A stretch of DNA of 58,560 nucleotides, filler included, from Basidiobolus meristosporus CBS 931.73 (Eukaryota; Fungi; Basidiobolomycota), in the NCBI GenBank assembly GCA_002104905.1. It is 3 parts of 3 records of this genome, joined end to end, with 100 filler letters (N's around TTAATTAATTAA, not from the genome) between each part and the next. Parts side by side here need not be neighbours in the genome. Positions count along the whole stretch, not along the records: positions 1 to 25,607 come from MCFE01000928.1; 2 more parts are not named here. The stretch is one strand, 5' to 3'. Position numbers and translations under genes: made by a program. This document shows positions 14,501 through 25,707 of the stretch, in pieces (position 1 is the stretch's first letter; each line of letters opens with the position of its first letter). Under the pieces are notes generated by a model. The model saw only the letters and a list, made by a program, of their open reading frames with translations, did not search any database and was not told the DNA's origin.

Positions 14501-16276
14501 CCCAGAGCTCTTGAGCGGTTGTCTGGCTTGTTTCTCATATATGCAGGCCTCACAGTGCTCCACATTAGCTGGGGGATCAATTTTTACTCCAGAAATTAGC
14601 TGATCTTTGATCATTTTGCGCAAATAATCAAAATTGATTTGCCCAAATCTCCTGTGCCAAAGCATTGGTGTTTCTTCATTTAAGTTACTTATATTGGCTT
14701 CCAAATATGATGGAATATAAATCAACTTGTATAGATTCTGATCTCTGATGCCCAAAGCAATATAGACACCATTTTGATCAGTGATCCTGCATCCAGAATT
14801 GTCAAAACTGAAACTGAGTCCTTCTGCTGTGGCCTTGCTTACAGAGAGTAGGTTCTTGGCTATTTTGGGTACATAGAATACTTCTTTAAAGGTCAGTGTA
14901 TGGCTTCCTTCACTGCTTCTAAGGTTTACTTGGATAGTTCCTTCTCCTACTGCATCAAATGTTCTATTGTCACCCATGAAAACCTTCTTAATTAGAATTT
15001 CTTGATATTGGGTAAAAAGTTCTTTTTGGTGTGGAAAGTGTTGAGAAGCTCCAGAGTCAATATGCCACGTCTGAGAATCCTTTTTGTGGTCATATTCAGT
15101 GCAGATATGAGTAGTCTATCTTCAGTTGTTGCAGCATTTCCATATTCAGGCTTCTTTTGCTGATAATCTCTCTTTTTGAAACACTGGTCTGATGTGTGTC
15201 CTTTCCTTTTGCAGTAGTTGCAGAATAGGTTGCTATTGCCTTTGTAGGGTCTTGGGTACCTCCTTTGTTGTTTATCATTGCTTATTAAAGCATTTTCTTC
15301 TTCCTTCTTATTGGCGCTGGATTTTCTTAATTCTTCATCCAGGAGCCTTCCATATACGTAATTTCAGGTCAGGTCTTCAGTTCTGGACTCTAGGGCTGAT
15401 ACAAGGCCCTGAAACTTGTCTGTCAGGCTATTCAGGATGGCAACTATCACATCCTCATCAGTAGTTGGTACACCCCCAGATTCCATCTCATCTATCAGCA
15501 GGGTAATTCTGTTAATTAGATTTTTCATTTCTTCTCCTGGCAGCATCTTTATAGTAAAGAATTTTTGTCTCAGATACATTTTCTTAGCAGCTGAACATGA
15601 CTGGTAGGTGTCTTCCAATGCCTTCCAGGCATTCTTTGCTGTTTTTGCTCTTGAGCATTGAATTAGCAATTTGTCCTTGACATTAAGGCAAGTGCAGTTA
15701 AAGGCACTTTGTTCTTTCTTCTGGTACTTCAAGGCTTCCTCTCCCACGTTTTTAGGAGGACATTCTTCTCCCATGACAATATCCCAAAGGTCTCTTTCTT
15801 GTAGCAGCATCTTTATTTTCACCTTCCACACTTGGTAGTTAGATCCATCCAACTTTTCAGCAGAGAGAAGAATTCCAGTAATAGCAGTAGTGGACATTGC
15901 AGAGAGTGACAGCTTGTGGGTCGTAACCTGTTGTAAGAGTCTTGGAGATATTGGAAGTGATTTGGAGAACAAGTAGATTATGTGGTTTCACTTAATGATT
16001 TATTGAATGTAAAAGTAGTATTTATACTTTTACCTTGTCTTGGCATTGCAAAAATGTAGAATAGGCTAAGGACAGTCTCAAGAGCATGTGTGCAAAGTTT
16101 GGGGCAGTTTGGACAACTTTGAGAGTTTTCATGTTCTGGGTGCCTGATATTTTGGTGAAGATATTCTAAGTAAATCCTGACAAGGAATTTGGTCAGTATT
16201 CTCTGGGATTTGAGCGTAATGATCTAAGTGACTAACTTAGGTGAATATTCAGGTGGAGTTACAAACTTTTACAGCA
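11596..16276 (-). mobile_element. Full-length degenerate Ty1/copia retrotransposon (copy C); LTRs 11596-11944 and 15929-16276
   Basis: Fragments of gag (15364-15972), GAG-pre/integrase (HSDLCGPM, 14213-14977) and RT/RNase H (LYVDDL, YSDADW, 12208-13233). LTRs of about 349 bp, PPT GAGTGGGAG, near-TSD CATAT/TATAT. Multiple stops. Confidence 0.9.
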
Positions 16277-17700
16277 TATATGAATTGCACAAGGGGAGGT
16301 AGAAAAAGGAAATACCATTTGGTAAATTGGCATGGTAGCATTATACAGAACCAGTGGTAGGCCATCATACTGCAAATATAATGCTATCAGAGTCTTGCTG
16401 TGAGGCCATCAAAATACCGTCAAGTTTCTTTCCATATAAGGCAATTGGATGTCCTGGCCAACTGGATCCACTTAAAATAGTTATAGAGCGCTGAAAGGCT
16501 GCAACAGTACCATGCAAATATTGTAACAGCACCAATAAAATATTGTCAAGTTTTATCCCATTATTTGGTTGTAAAATTAGCAAAACACCATCATGATCTT
16601 GGCATAAAATTGTTAGAAGGGGCACTAACTCCAAGCTGCTGTTATTATGGCAGTCTCTAAATTGGATCTTGACGGCTGATCTGGATTGGATCCACCTGCA
16701 GGACCAAAATATTTTTCATAGGGGAGACATTGCGCCAATATGAATAAAAAGAAAAAATCTGCAGCTCTTGCCAGCTAATGCCATAAGCCCAGAACAGGCT
16801 AAATCTCACAATGTCAAAGAAGAACTACCAATAAGTCAATAGCTGTTTTCATAAGAGTTTGAAGTGCAACCAGCTGAGCTACACTCCTATGAGGTAGATG
16901 AGTTTGCAGAGAAAAGCAATTGGTCTACCACTACCCCCACATCCTCAATCAAAGAAAGAGTGGAGATCCCACCAACAGACAAAGCAACAGTGTCAATAAC
17001 TCAAAAGACCTTCACAATGCCTAGAGTGGAATTTTGGGACACTAACAGGCACACCAAGAGATTGCAGCACATCTTCATGAGCCGTGCTCAAGAAAATGCA
17101 CTTGAATATTGCAAAGACTGGCAGATGAGGTGCTAGCCCTTGCAGTGCTGGCTGAAGACCAGGAAATATGGGAACCAGTGAATGAACAGTGGCACAAAGC
17201 TACAAGATTCTTGCCAAAGTCATGGAAAATGGGCATTATATCAGAAATACTTATTGAATGGTGTATTTATATGGTATTCCTTATTGGGTGTGCGGTTGGG
17301 CTTAATGTTAGTGTTGGGTATAGAGACCTGTGTAGGCCAATACAATTGGCAATTGAGGTACAACTGAAGTTTCAACAGATATAAATCAATTTGTATGCCT
17401 GAAGAGTTAGAGAATTGGTTGAGTTAGGAAGTAAGGAGTGTGAAGAAGTGGTGATAGCTAATCAATGTACACAAACATAGGAGGTGATTGAGTGTCCAGG
17501 ATCAGAAAGTGAGAGAATTAGCAGTGGACCAATCAAATGCTACCATGTGCTTTTGTAATGAAAAATTTTGACTACATTTTTTTTGAAATATGGAGGGCAA
17601 TTATTTTTCAATGGTCTTTGCAAGGTGTCCAGACTAGATCAATACCTCTTAGTCATATGGCCTTAACTCTGTGACAGCCTTTTGGCAGGATCATCACAAT
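16277..17700. repeat. Composite dispersed repeat (unknown segment plus homologue of the 276-aa ORF and its flank)
   Basis: About 16840-17630 is the diverged reverse complement of about 5800-6550. 16277-16720 and 17049-17130 match 54160-54700, which is an internally deleted copy. Confidence 0.55.
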
Positions 17701-17829
17701 TGTTTTTCATCAAGTAAAAGTGCTAATTTGATCTTGACTATAGGGGGATAGTCATAAGATCATAAATCTGAAAAATGGTGACATAGTTGGGGCTGTAAAT
17801 TAGTTCCACAGTGACTAAGACTAGTTTAC

Positions 17830-20330
17830 AGCTGTTAGATACTTAGTTATAGAATGATACCAAATAGTCCAATATTTCAACACTCCCCCTCAACTAAATA
17901 ATATCATAATCCCAATCTCATAGTAATATTTTCAAACTTTGGCCTGCCTGGTGGTTTTGCTGGTATATCTGCCACCATTTGGTAGTTGTGCAGTTAACAA
18001 ACTTTACTTAGTCATTCTCTACAGCTTCCCTCCCAAAGTGGTGTTGTATATCTATGTGCTTAGCTCTTGCATGATTAATAGAATTTCTAGCTAATGAAAT
18101 ACAACTTTGGTTATCTTTCTGAATACAAGTTTTTTTATCTGAAAGCCCTAAGTCTTCAACTATTTCTGTAGCCATATAGCCTCCTTGGTTGCATTATTGG
18201 CAGTTATGTGCTCTGCCTCAGTTGTGGAGAGTGCTACAGTTGGTGGTTTCTTACAATTTGAAGTAACAGCTGCACCAGCATATATAATTACATAACCTGC
18301 AGGAGAGAAATATATCAATCAGATCCCTACCCAATTTGAGTCACTATAGCCATTAACTTTTCACTTATGAGCTACTCTGTACTCTTCCAGAACCATATGT
18401 TTGGCACATTGCAGATATCTGAGAATTAACTTAACTGCTGTAATTTGATCAGATCCTTATTTCTGCAAGAATTGACTGTTTACTACCATTGCTACTGCAG
18501 TATATGGACATGTAGATATCATAAGATAACTCAGGCTACCAACTATTAACTGATAGGGAGAGTATTGGTCTATATTTGAGCAGTTTAGATTCAAAACATA
18601 CTTAGATCTGCTTAAAATTTAGTTATCATCCATGAGTGTTGCTGCAGGCTGGCAATTTCCATTTGAAGCATCTAAGATTGTCCCTGATGTACTTGGTCTG
18701 ATTTAGCAAAATATTTGGCATAAATATGTCAAATATGACTTCACTTCTAAGAAAATAGCTCAATTTTCCATGATCTTTCATCTCCAACTTGCTCACAAGG
18801 TCAGATTTTGTCTGGTTAATTACCTCATGTTCCCTTGTAGCTATTATTAGGTTTTCCATATAAAATGCCAGTATAATCACTTCCCTTTTAAGCTGATTCA
18901 TTTATATATTTGATCTGTAGTGCTACAAATGAATCCAGTCTCCTGTAGATATGTGACAATCTTGTTATACAATGTTTTAGGTGCCTGCTTAAGCCTATAC
19001 CACAATTTTCCAAGTCCACACACCTTATTAGGGCCTTTTGGTTAGGTAAAACCTTCTGATTATTTCAGGTACATAGAGTACTTCTTAGAAGGTCAGTGTG
19101 TGGCTTTCTTCACTATTTCTGCTATTAACTTGGATAGTTCCTTCTCCAACTGCATCAGGTATTCTACTGTTGCCCATGAAAACCTTCTTAGGTGAAATTT
19201 TTTGATGTTGGGTAAAGAGTTTTTTTGGTGTGTAAAGTGTTAAAATCTCCTGAGTCAATATACAACAACAGAGAATCCTTGTTTGTGGTCATGTTTAGTG
19301 CATATATCAATAGTATATCTTCAGTTGTTGCAGTATTTCCATATTCAGGCTTTTTCTGCTGGTCAACTCACTTTGTGAAGTACCAGTCTGATATGTGTCC
19401 TTTCCTTTTGCTATAACTGCAAGACAGGTTACAGTTACCTTTGAGGGTCTAAGTACCTCCTTTGTTCTCTATTGCTGCTTATTAAAGAAGTTTCTTCTTC
19501 CTTTTGATTGGTGCTTGATATACTTGATTCTTAACCCAGGAGCCTACCAACCACATGACCAAATCTTCATTTCTGGACTCCAGGGCTGAAACAAGGCCCT
19601 GAGACTTGTCTTTCAGGCTATTCAGGAGAATTACTATCACATATTCACCAGTAGTTAGTACACCCACTGTTTCCATTGCATCAACTAACAGGGTAATTCT
19701 GTTAGTATGATCTTTCATTTTTTGCTCCTGGCAGCATGCTGATAGTAAAGAGTATTCCATAAAATATACATCTTCTGAGCAGCTGAGCATGACCTACAAG
19801 TGACTTCTAAAGCCTTCCAAGTACTCTTTGTCATTTTTGCTCTTGATCATCAAGTTATCAGTTTGTCTTTGACATTAAGGCAAATGTAGTTAGAGGCACT
19901 TAGTTATTTCTTCTGGTACTTTAGGGCTTCTTCCCTGTACCTTTAGGAGGATATTCTTCTTCTGTGACAATGTCCTAAAGGCCTCTTTCATGTAGGAGAC
20001 TCTTCATCTTCACCTCCCACACTTGATAGTTAGATCCTTCCAACTTTTCAGCAGAAGGGGGGATTCCAGTGATAGCAATGTTGGACATTCCAGAGTGGAG
20101 CAACTTGGGGCACACAACCTGTTCCAAGAATCTTGGTAGTAGTGGAAGTGATTGGGAGAACAAGTGGAAGATATGGCTTTTGCTTAATGAGTTGTTGAAT
20201 GTAAAGTTAGTATTTAAGCTTTTACATGAGCTTGGCAAAAAGATCCATGCATTCTATGCTAAGGAAGGTCCCAAGAGTGTATATGCAAGGTCTGGGGCTG
20301 CTTGGACAACTTGAGGCACTTCATGCCTGG
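17830..20330 (-). mobile_element. Old, internally deleted Ty1/copia element (diverged subfamily)
   Basis: PPT-like TTGAGGGGGAG next to TGTTGAAA at 17882. Decayed RT (ILAFYMENLIIA, 18626-18901) and gag (AEKLEGSNYQVW, 19975-20238). Partial 5' LTR from 20120, related to the family A LTR. Confidence 0.75.
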
Positions 20331-20870
20331 ATGTTGTGCAGTAACATTTAAAACTTAGCTAATTTTACTCTGTTATAAAATCCAGTACCCTAACTGATTT
20401 TCCCTAACCCAAACATAACTAATCCCAGTTATGGTTTATTTTATCTCATCTCAGAATCTATCATTAGCTGTCACACCTTATCAATTCTCATGTGGTCATT
20501 ACATTATAAACTTATATACCAAGCCTTCCCAGGCAATTAGTCATCTCAGATCTATTCAACAATGCAGCAGTTGCCAAAACATCAGCTGATAAATTATACA
20601 ACTTTCACTTATCTTATGCACCTATTAGCACCACAACAGATTCCAATTAGTCCTGTCACTTGGCACTTACTAATTCAACTTGATCAAAAGAGTATAAATA
20701 AAGTTTACTGAACCTTTTGGTTTAGTGTGCATCTCTACAAAATTAAGAATTCAACAATTGTGTTCTAGTTTCTACCCATGCCTAGCGTACCTAGCACACC
20801 CAAGAACACCAAGCCTATCCTGCCAAGAGAACCAACTCTGTTGCCTTTATAGCCAAACCCAGCTATATAC

Positions 20871-23800
20871 TGTTGTAAGAGTCTTGGAGATATTGGAAGT
20901 GATTGGGAGAACAAGTAGATTATGTGGTTTTCACTTAATGATTTATTGAATGTAAAAGTAGTATTTATACTTTTACCTGGTCTTGGCATTACAAACACTT
21001 AGAATAGGTTAAAGAAGGTCCCAAGAACATGTGTACAAAGTTTGGGGCTGTTTGGTCAACTTTGAGAATTTTCATGTTCTGGGTACCTGGTATTTTGGTG
21101 AAAATATTCTAAGTAAATCCCAACAAGGAATTTGGTCAGTATTCTCTAGAATTTGAGGGTAATGATCTAAGTGACTAAGTTAGGTGAATATTTAGGTGGA
21201 ATTACAAATTTTTACAACAGTCCCACTCAGCTAAATGTTCATACTGACTAGTCCTAATTTTGACCTAAGATATTCAAACTTGTCTCTAGCTAATGGTTTG
21301 GTAAATATGTCTGCAATCATTTCATCTGTAGGACAGTAAAATAAGCTAACTAAGTTATTCTCTATAGCTTCACGTATGAAATGATGTCTAATATCTATGT
21401 GCTTGGTTCTAGCATGAAAAGTTGGATTTCTACCTAATTGTATACATCCTTGATTATCTTGAAATAAAGTAATAGGCGTTTTTTGACATAGGCCTAAATC
21501 TGTTAAGAGTTTTCTTAACCACATTGCTTCTGTTGTAGCTTCACAGGCTGCCATATACTCTGCCTCTGTAGTAGAAAGTGCTATGGTTGGTTGCTTTCTT
21601 GAATTCCATGAAATTGCTCCTTTACAGTAAAGAAAGGTATATCCTGTGGTGGATCTTCTGTCTTCCAAATTTTGTCCCCAATCAGCATCAGAGTATCCCA
21701 CAAGGTCCTGTTCTGAATCCTTATAAGTGTATCTTAAGCAGATATCAGCAGTTCCTTTTAGGTATCTAAAAATCCGCTTAACTGCTGCAGTATGATCAGA
21801 TCCATAGTTCTGATTATGTTGGCTGACAACTCCCACTGAAAATGAGATATCTGGACGTGTACCAAGCATGATATACATCAGACTGCCGGCCATAGATTGA
21901 TAAGGAAAGTCAGGGCTTTCAGATGGCACCAAGCTCTCTTGATTTGGTTGAGTTTTGACCAAGTTAAGGTTTGTCTCCATTGGGGTAGCTGCCGGTTTAA
22001 AGTCTTCCATTTTGTACTTCTTTAGTATATCTTGAATATACTTGGATTGGCTTAGGGTGATAGTCTGGGTACTTCTGTCTATGGATAACTTAATCCCTAA
22101 GTAGTAACTGAGTTCTCCTAGATTGGACATCTTAAACTCCTTAGATAGGTTGGATTTAGTCTCTTCCAATGTTTCTAAGTTATTGGCGGCTATAATAAGA
22201 TCATCCACATATAGATCTAATAGAACTGGATTTGCTCTATCTGGCTTATAGTATATACTATAGTCAGCATTACTCCTTTTGAAACTCAAAGATTCCAAAT
22301 AAGAATCTATCTTGCAGTTCCAGGCTCTTGGTGATTGTTTGAGACCATATAGTGACTTTTTAAGCTTGCAGACCAAATGGGGGTTATCTTGGTCAACAAA
22401 CCCATCAGGCTGGTCCATATACACATCCTCATCAAGTTCTCCATTCAAAAATGCAGTTTTTACATCCATTTGATGAATAAAAAACTTATATTTGGCTGCA
22501 ATAGCCAATATTAATCTGATGAAGTTAACCTTGGCTACCGGTGCAAAGGTCTCAGTATAGTCAAGTCCTTTTGTTTGAGAGTATCCTTTGGCTACAAGTC
22601 TTGCTTTGTATCTTTCAATTGTACCATCAGCCTTGTATTTTGTCTTGAAGACCCATCTGCATCCAATTGATTTTTGGTTGATTGGTAATTTGACTAAGTC
22701 GCAAGTTTGATTTTCCATCAGGGCCTGATATTCCTCAGTCATTGAAGATCTCCAAAACTTTGTCTGAGGGCTATTTAGGGCCTCTTTTACAGTCTGGGGT
22801 TCATCAATATGGACTGAATAGGCATAGGCTAAGTTTGTACCCTCATTGATATAGTAATTTGGGCTATTTCTTGTCCGATTGGATCTCCGGGCATTTGATA
22901 CTGGAATGATCACTTCTGGGATATTCCTGGGCACTGATTCTGGCTGAACCATGGTTGTAGAGTCCTCTGGAGTGGAAAAATTTTCATTGTTTTGCTCTGA
23001 TTCAATCCTGACAATTGGTGGACTTGAGATCAAATTTTTGTCATCATCTGATATCATTTTTTGTGAAAATTTTGAATTTTCATCAAACAACGCATCCCTG
23101 GACTTGATCAGCTTCTTTGCTTTGGTATTGTAGAGTCTGTATGCCTTACTCTCATTGCGGTAGCCCAAAAATATGCATTTTACACTTTTTGGCTCAAATT
23201 TTGACTGATTTCTGGCCAGTTTTTTTTTGGCATATGCTGTACACCCAGATATTCTTAGATGTTCTGTACTTGGTCTGTATCCATACCATGCTTCAAATGG
23301 AGTAGAATCACAAAGTATTCTGTTATAACTCCTATTTTTAAGATATACAGCAGTGGCAACTGATTCCGCCCAAAAATCATAGGATAATTTTTGATCATGG
23401 ATCATAGATCTTGCCATATCAATTATTGATCTGTTAGCTTGTTCTGCTACTCCATTTTGCTGTGGGGAGTATGGTACAGTAGTCTCTTGCTTTATCCCAT
23501 GAATTTTGCAGAAGTGGATGAAGAGTTTTGAGGTATATTCTCCACCATTGTCATAGCGTATTTTCTTGATTTTTTCACCAGTTTCTCTCTCCACCATGGC
23601 TTTAAACTCCCTGAACTTTGACAGAGCTTCTTCCTTTCTCTCCATGAAGTAGACCCATGTGTATCTTGTATAATCATCAATAAAAGAGATTAAATACTTC
23701 ATCCCACCTAAGGATAAATTTTGCATAGGTCCACACAGATCTGAGTGAATTAGATCTAATTTTTCTTAGTTTTGATTAGCCCAGAGCTCTTGAGCGGTTG

Positions 23801-24586
23801 TCTGGCTTGTTTCTCATATATGCAGGCCTCACAGTGCTCCAAATTAGCTGAGGGATCAATTTTCACTCCAGAAATTAGCTGATCTTTGATCATTTTACGC
23901 AAATAATCAAAATTGATGTGTCCAAATCTCCTGTGCCAAAGCATTGGTGTTTCTTCATTTAAGTTACTTATATTGGCTTCCAAATATGATGGAATATAAG
24001 TCAACTTGTATAGATTCTGATCTCTGATGCCCAAAGCAATATGGGCACCCTTTTGATCAGTGATCCTGCATCCAGAATTGTCAAAACTGAAACTGAGTCC
24101 TTCTGCTGTGGCCTTGCTTACAGAGAGTAGGTTCTTGGCTACATAGAGTACTTCTTTAAAGGTCAGTGTATGGCTTCCTTCACTGCTTCTAAGGTTTACT
24201 TGGATAGTTCCTTCTCCCACAGCATCAAGTGTTCTATTGTCACCCATGAAAACCTTAATTGGAATTTCTTGATATTGGGTAAAAAGTTCTTTTTGGTGTG
24301 TAAAGTGTTGAGAAGCTCCAGAGTCAATATACCACATCTGAGAATCCTTGTTTGTGGTCATATTTAGTGCAGATATGAATAGTTTATCTTCAGTTGTTGC
24401 AGCATTTCCATATTCAGGCTTCTTTTGTTGATAATCTCTCTTTTTGAAACACCGGTCTGATGTGTGTCCTTTCCTTTTGCAGTAGTTGCAAAATAGGTTG
24501 CTGTTGCCTTTGTAGGGTCTTGGGTACCTCCTTTGTTGGTTATCACTGCTTATTAAAGCATTTTCTTCTTCCTTCTTATTGGCGCT
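20871..24586 (-). mobile_element. Ty1/copia copy B: 3' LTR 20871-21219, 5' part lost at a family-2 LTR insertion
   Basis: LTR TGTTGTAA...TTACAACA and PPT. Internal region highly similar to 46325-49700. Homology stops at GGCGCT (24586), where TGTGGTAGGG begins. Confidence 0.9.
21231..23726 (-). CDS. Copia pol (integrase core, RT, RNase H), 831-aa open segment
   Basis: FIDDYTR, YSPQQNGVAE, YKARLVAKG, LYVDDL, YSDADW, TKHIDIRHHF motifs. Separated from the upstream protease segment (23756-24361, WYIDSGAS) by a T-run one base shorter than in copy A. Confidence 0.9.
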   Translation of the reverse strand: MQNLSLGGMKYLISFIDDYTRYTWVYFMERKEEALSKFREFKAMVERETGEKIKKIRYDNGGEYTSKLFIHFCKIHGIKQETTVPYSPQQNGVAEQANRSIIDMARSMIHDQKLSYDFWAESVATAVYLKNRSYNRILCDSTPFEAWYGYRPSTEHLRISGCTAYAKKKLARNQSKFEPKSVKCIFLGYRNESKAYRLYNTKAKKLIKSRDALFDENSKFSQKMISDDDKNLISSPPIVRIESEQNNENFSTPEDSTTMVQPESVPRNIPEVIIPVSNARRSNRTRNSPNYYINEGTNLAYAYSVHIDEPQTVKEALNSPQTKFWRSSMTEEYQALMENQTCDLVKLPINQKSIGCRWVFKTKYKADGTIERYKARLVAKGYSQTKGLDYTETFAPVAKVNFIRLILAIAAKYKFFIHQMDVKTAFLNGELDEDVYMDQPDGFVDQDNPHLVCKLKKSLYGLKQSPRAWNCKIDSYLESLSFKRSNADYSIYYKPDRANPVLLDLYVDDLIIAANNLETLEETKSNLSKEFKMSNLGELSYYLGIKLSIDRSTQTITLSQSKYIQDILKKYKMEDFKPAATPMETNLNLVKTQPNQESLVPSESPDFPYQSMAGSLMYIMLGTRPDISFSVGVVSQHNQNYGSDHTAAVKRIFRYLKGTADICLRYTYKDSEQDLVGYSDADWGQNLEDRRSTTGYTFLYCKGAISWNSRKQPTIALSTTEAEYMAACEATTEAMWLRKLLTDLGLCQKTPITLFQDNQGCIQLGRNPTFHARTKHIDIRHHFIREAIENNLVSLFYCPTDEMIADIFTKPLARDKFEYLRSKLGLVSMNI

Positions 24587-25607
24587 GTGGTAGGGTAAAC
24601 ATACCTCCCACAGACAAGTTTATTCATATAGTCATTATGATATACTTATCCATATTTTATCTTATCAGTATTATCCCATTCTTCTTTTGCCCATATTATC
24701 AGTATTATCCCCATATTATGTTTACCCTGATTAGTTATTAGCATTAGTTATCCCAGATGTTATTCAGCTTTGTGATCAGTAGATGTATCTATATAAGGCA
24801 AGTACCCACGTCAGTACCTGTGACACATGACCTAGGTCTGTGTTACCATCTCTACCATTTCAATACCATATATGGTATTTCTATGTTGCACAGGTTTCAG
24901 ACTACTGATTCCTGATTGGTTGAGAGTGCTGTGCCTTTTAGAACCTTCCAGGACATTCTTGGCATATTTTTAGCTCATAGTGATGTCATCAAGAATTCCA
25001 CTGATACCTAGAATCTTCTAGAACCTTGTCATTAGTAATCACTTGGCAATCAGGAAAAGTATTTAAGGGACAGCAATCCCTCATCAATAAATCATCCCTT
25101 CTATCAGTAACACTTCTACCTTATTGATTAGCAGTTGATCACTGCACCTGCCTTCAACAGTACATCTCAGACCTGCCATCAAGGAGCTTTTCAGGGTAGT
25201 GCACAAGACACACAGAGGCCTTTGGAGACACTTGGAGCACCTAGGAAGCTAGAGAAGCAGGAGCTTTTACCATAGTGACATATTGACAAAGACACCAGCA
25301 GTTTAGACGCAGAGGTTATTGCACCCATCAGACACCTCACACACCTTGAGTTGTGTAGCTTCTCCCAGGAGTACCCCTACACCACCACATATTTGCACCC
25401 AACATGGGGGTTTGACTGAACTGCCCCTAGAAGACTTAAGAAAGAACAGATTATCAAGACCATGGATCTACCTTTACCAGGAATGCAAGAACTCCTTTCT
25501 TTGATGGAACCAAAGTTAAAGCTTTCATCAAGAGGTGGGAGCTTTTCTGCAGAGCCCACAAAATACCTGAGGCCATTATGGCTGAAGAGATGCCCCCTAC
25601 AGCACTG
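24586..25607 (+). mobile_element. Family-2 LTR retroelement 5' end (putative LTR 24586-25178 plus start of a gag-like frame), cut by a scaffold gap
   Basis: TG...CA bounded segment homologous to 9523-10139. Downstream frame at about 25490-25595 reads TPFFDGTKVKAFIKRWELFCRAHKIPE, resembling fungal gypsy gag N-termini. Confidence 0.6.
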
Positions 25608-25707
25608 NNNNNNNNNNNNNNNNNNNNNNNNNNNNNNNNNNNNNNNNNNNNTTAATTAATTAANNNNNNNNNNNNNNNNNNNNNNNNNNNNNNNNNNNNN
25701 NNNNNNN
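25608..25707. other. Scaffold gap (100 nt of N with TTAATTAATTAA filler)
   Basis: N run with a central 12-mer that gives stops in all six frames. Identical layout at 45834-45933. Confidence 0.97.

Noticed and set aside
25652-25663. TTAATTAATTAA palindrome (also 45878-45889) as a biological motif
   Set aside because: Centred in identical 100-nt N gaps; a six-frame-stop filler.
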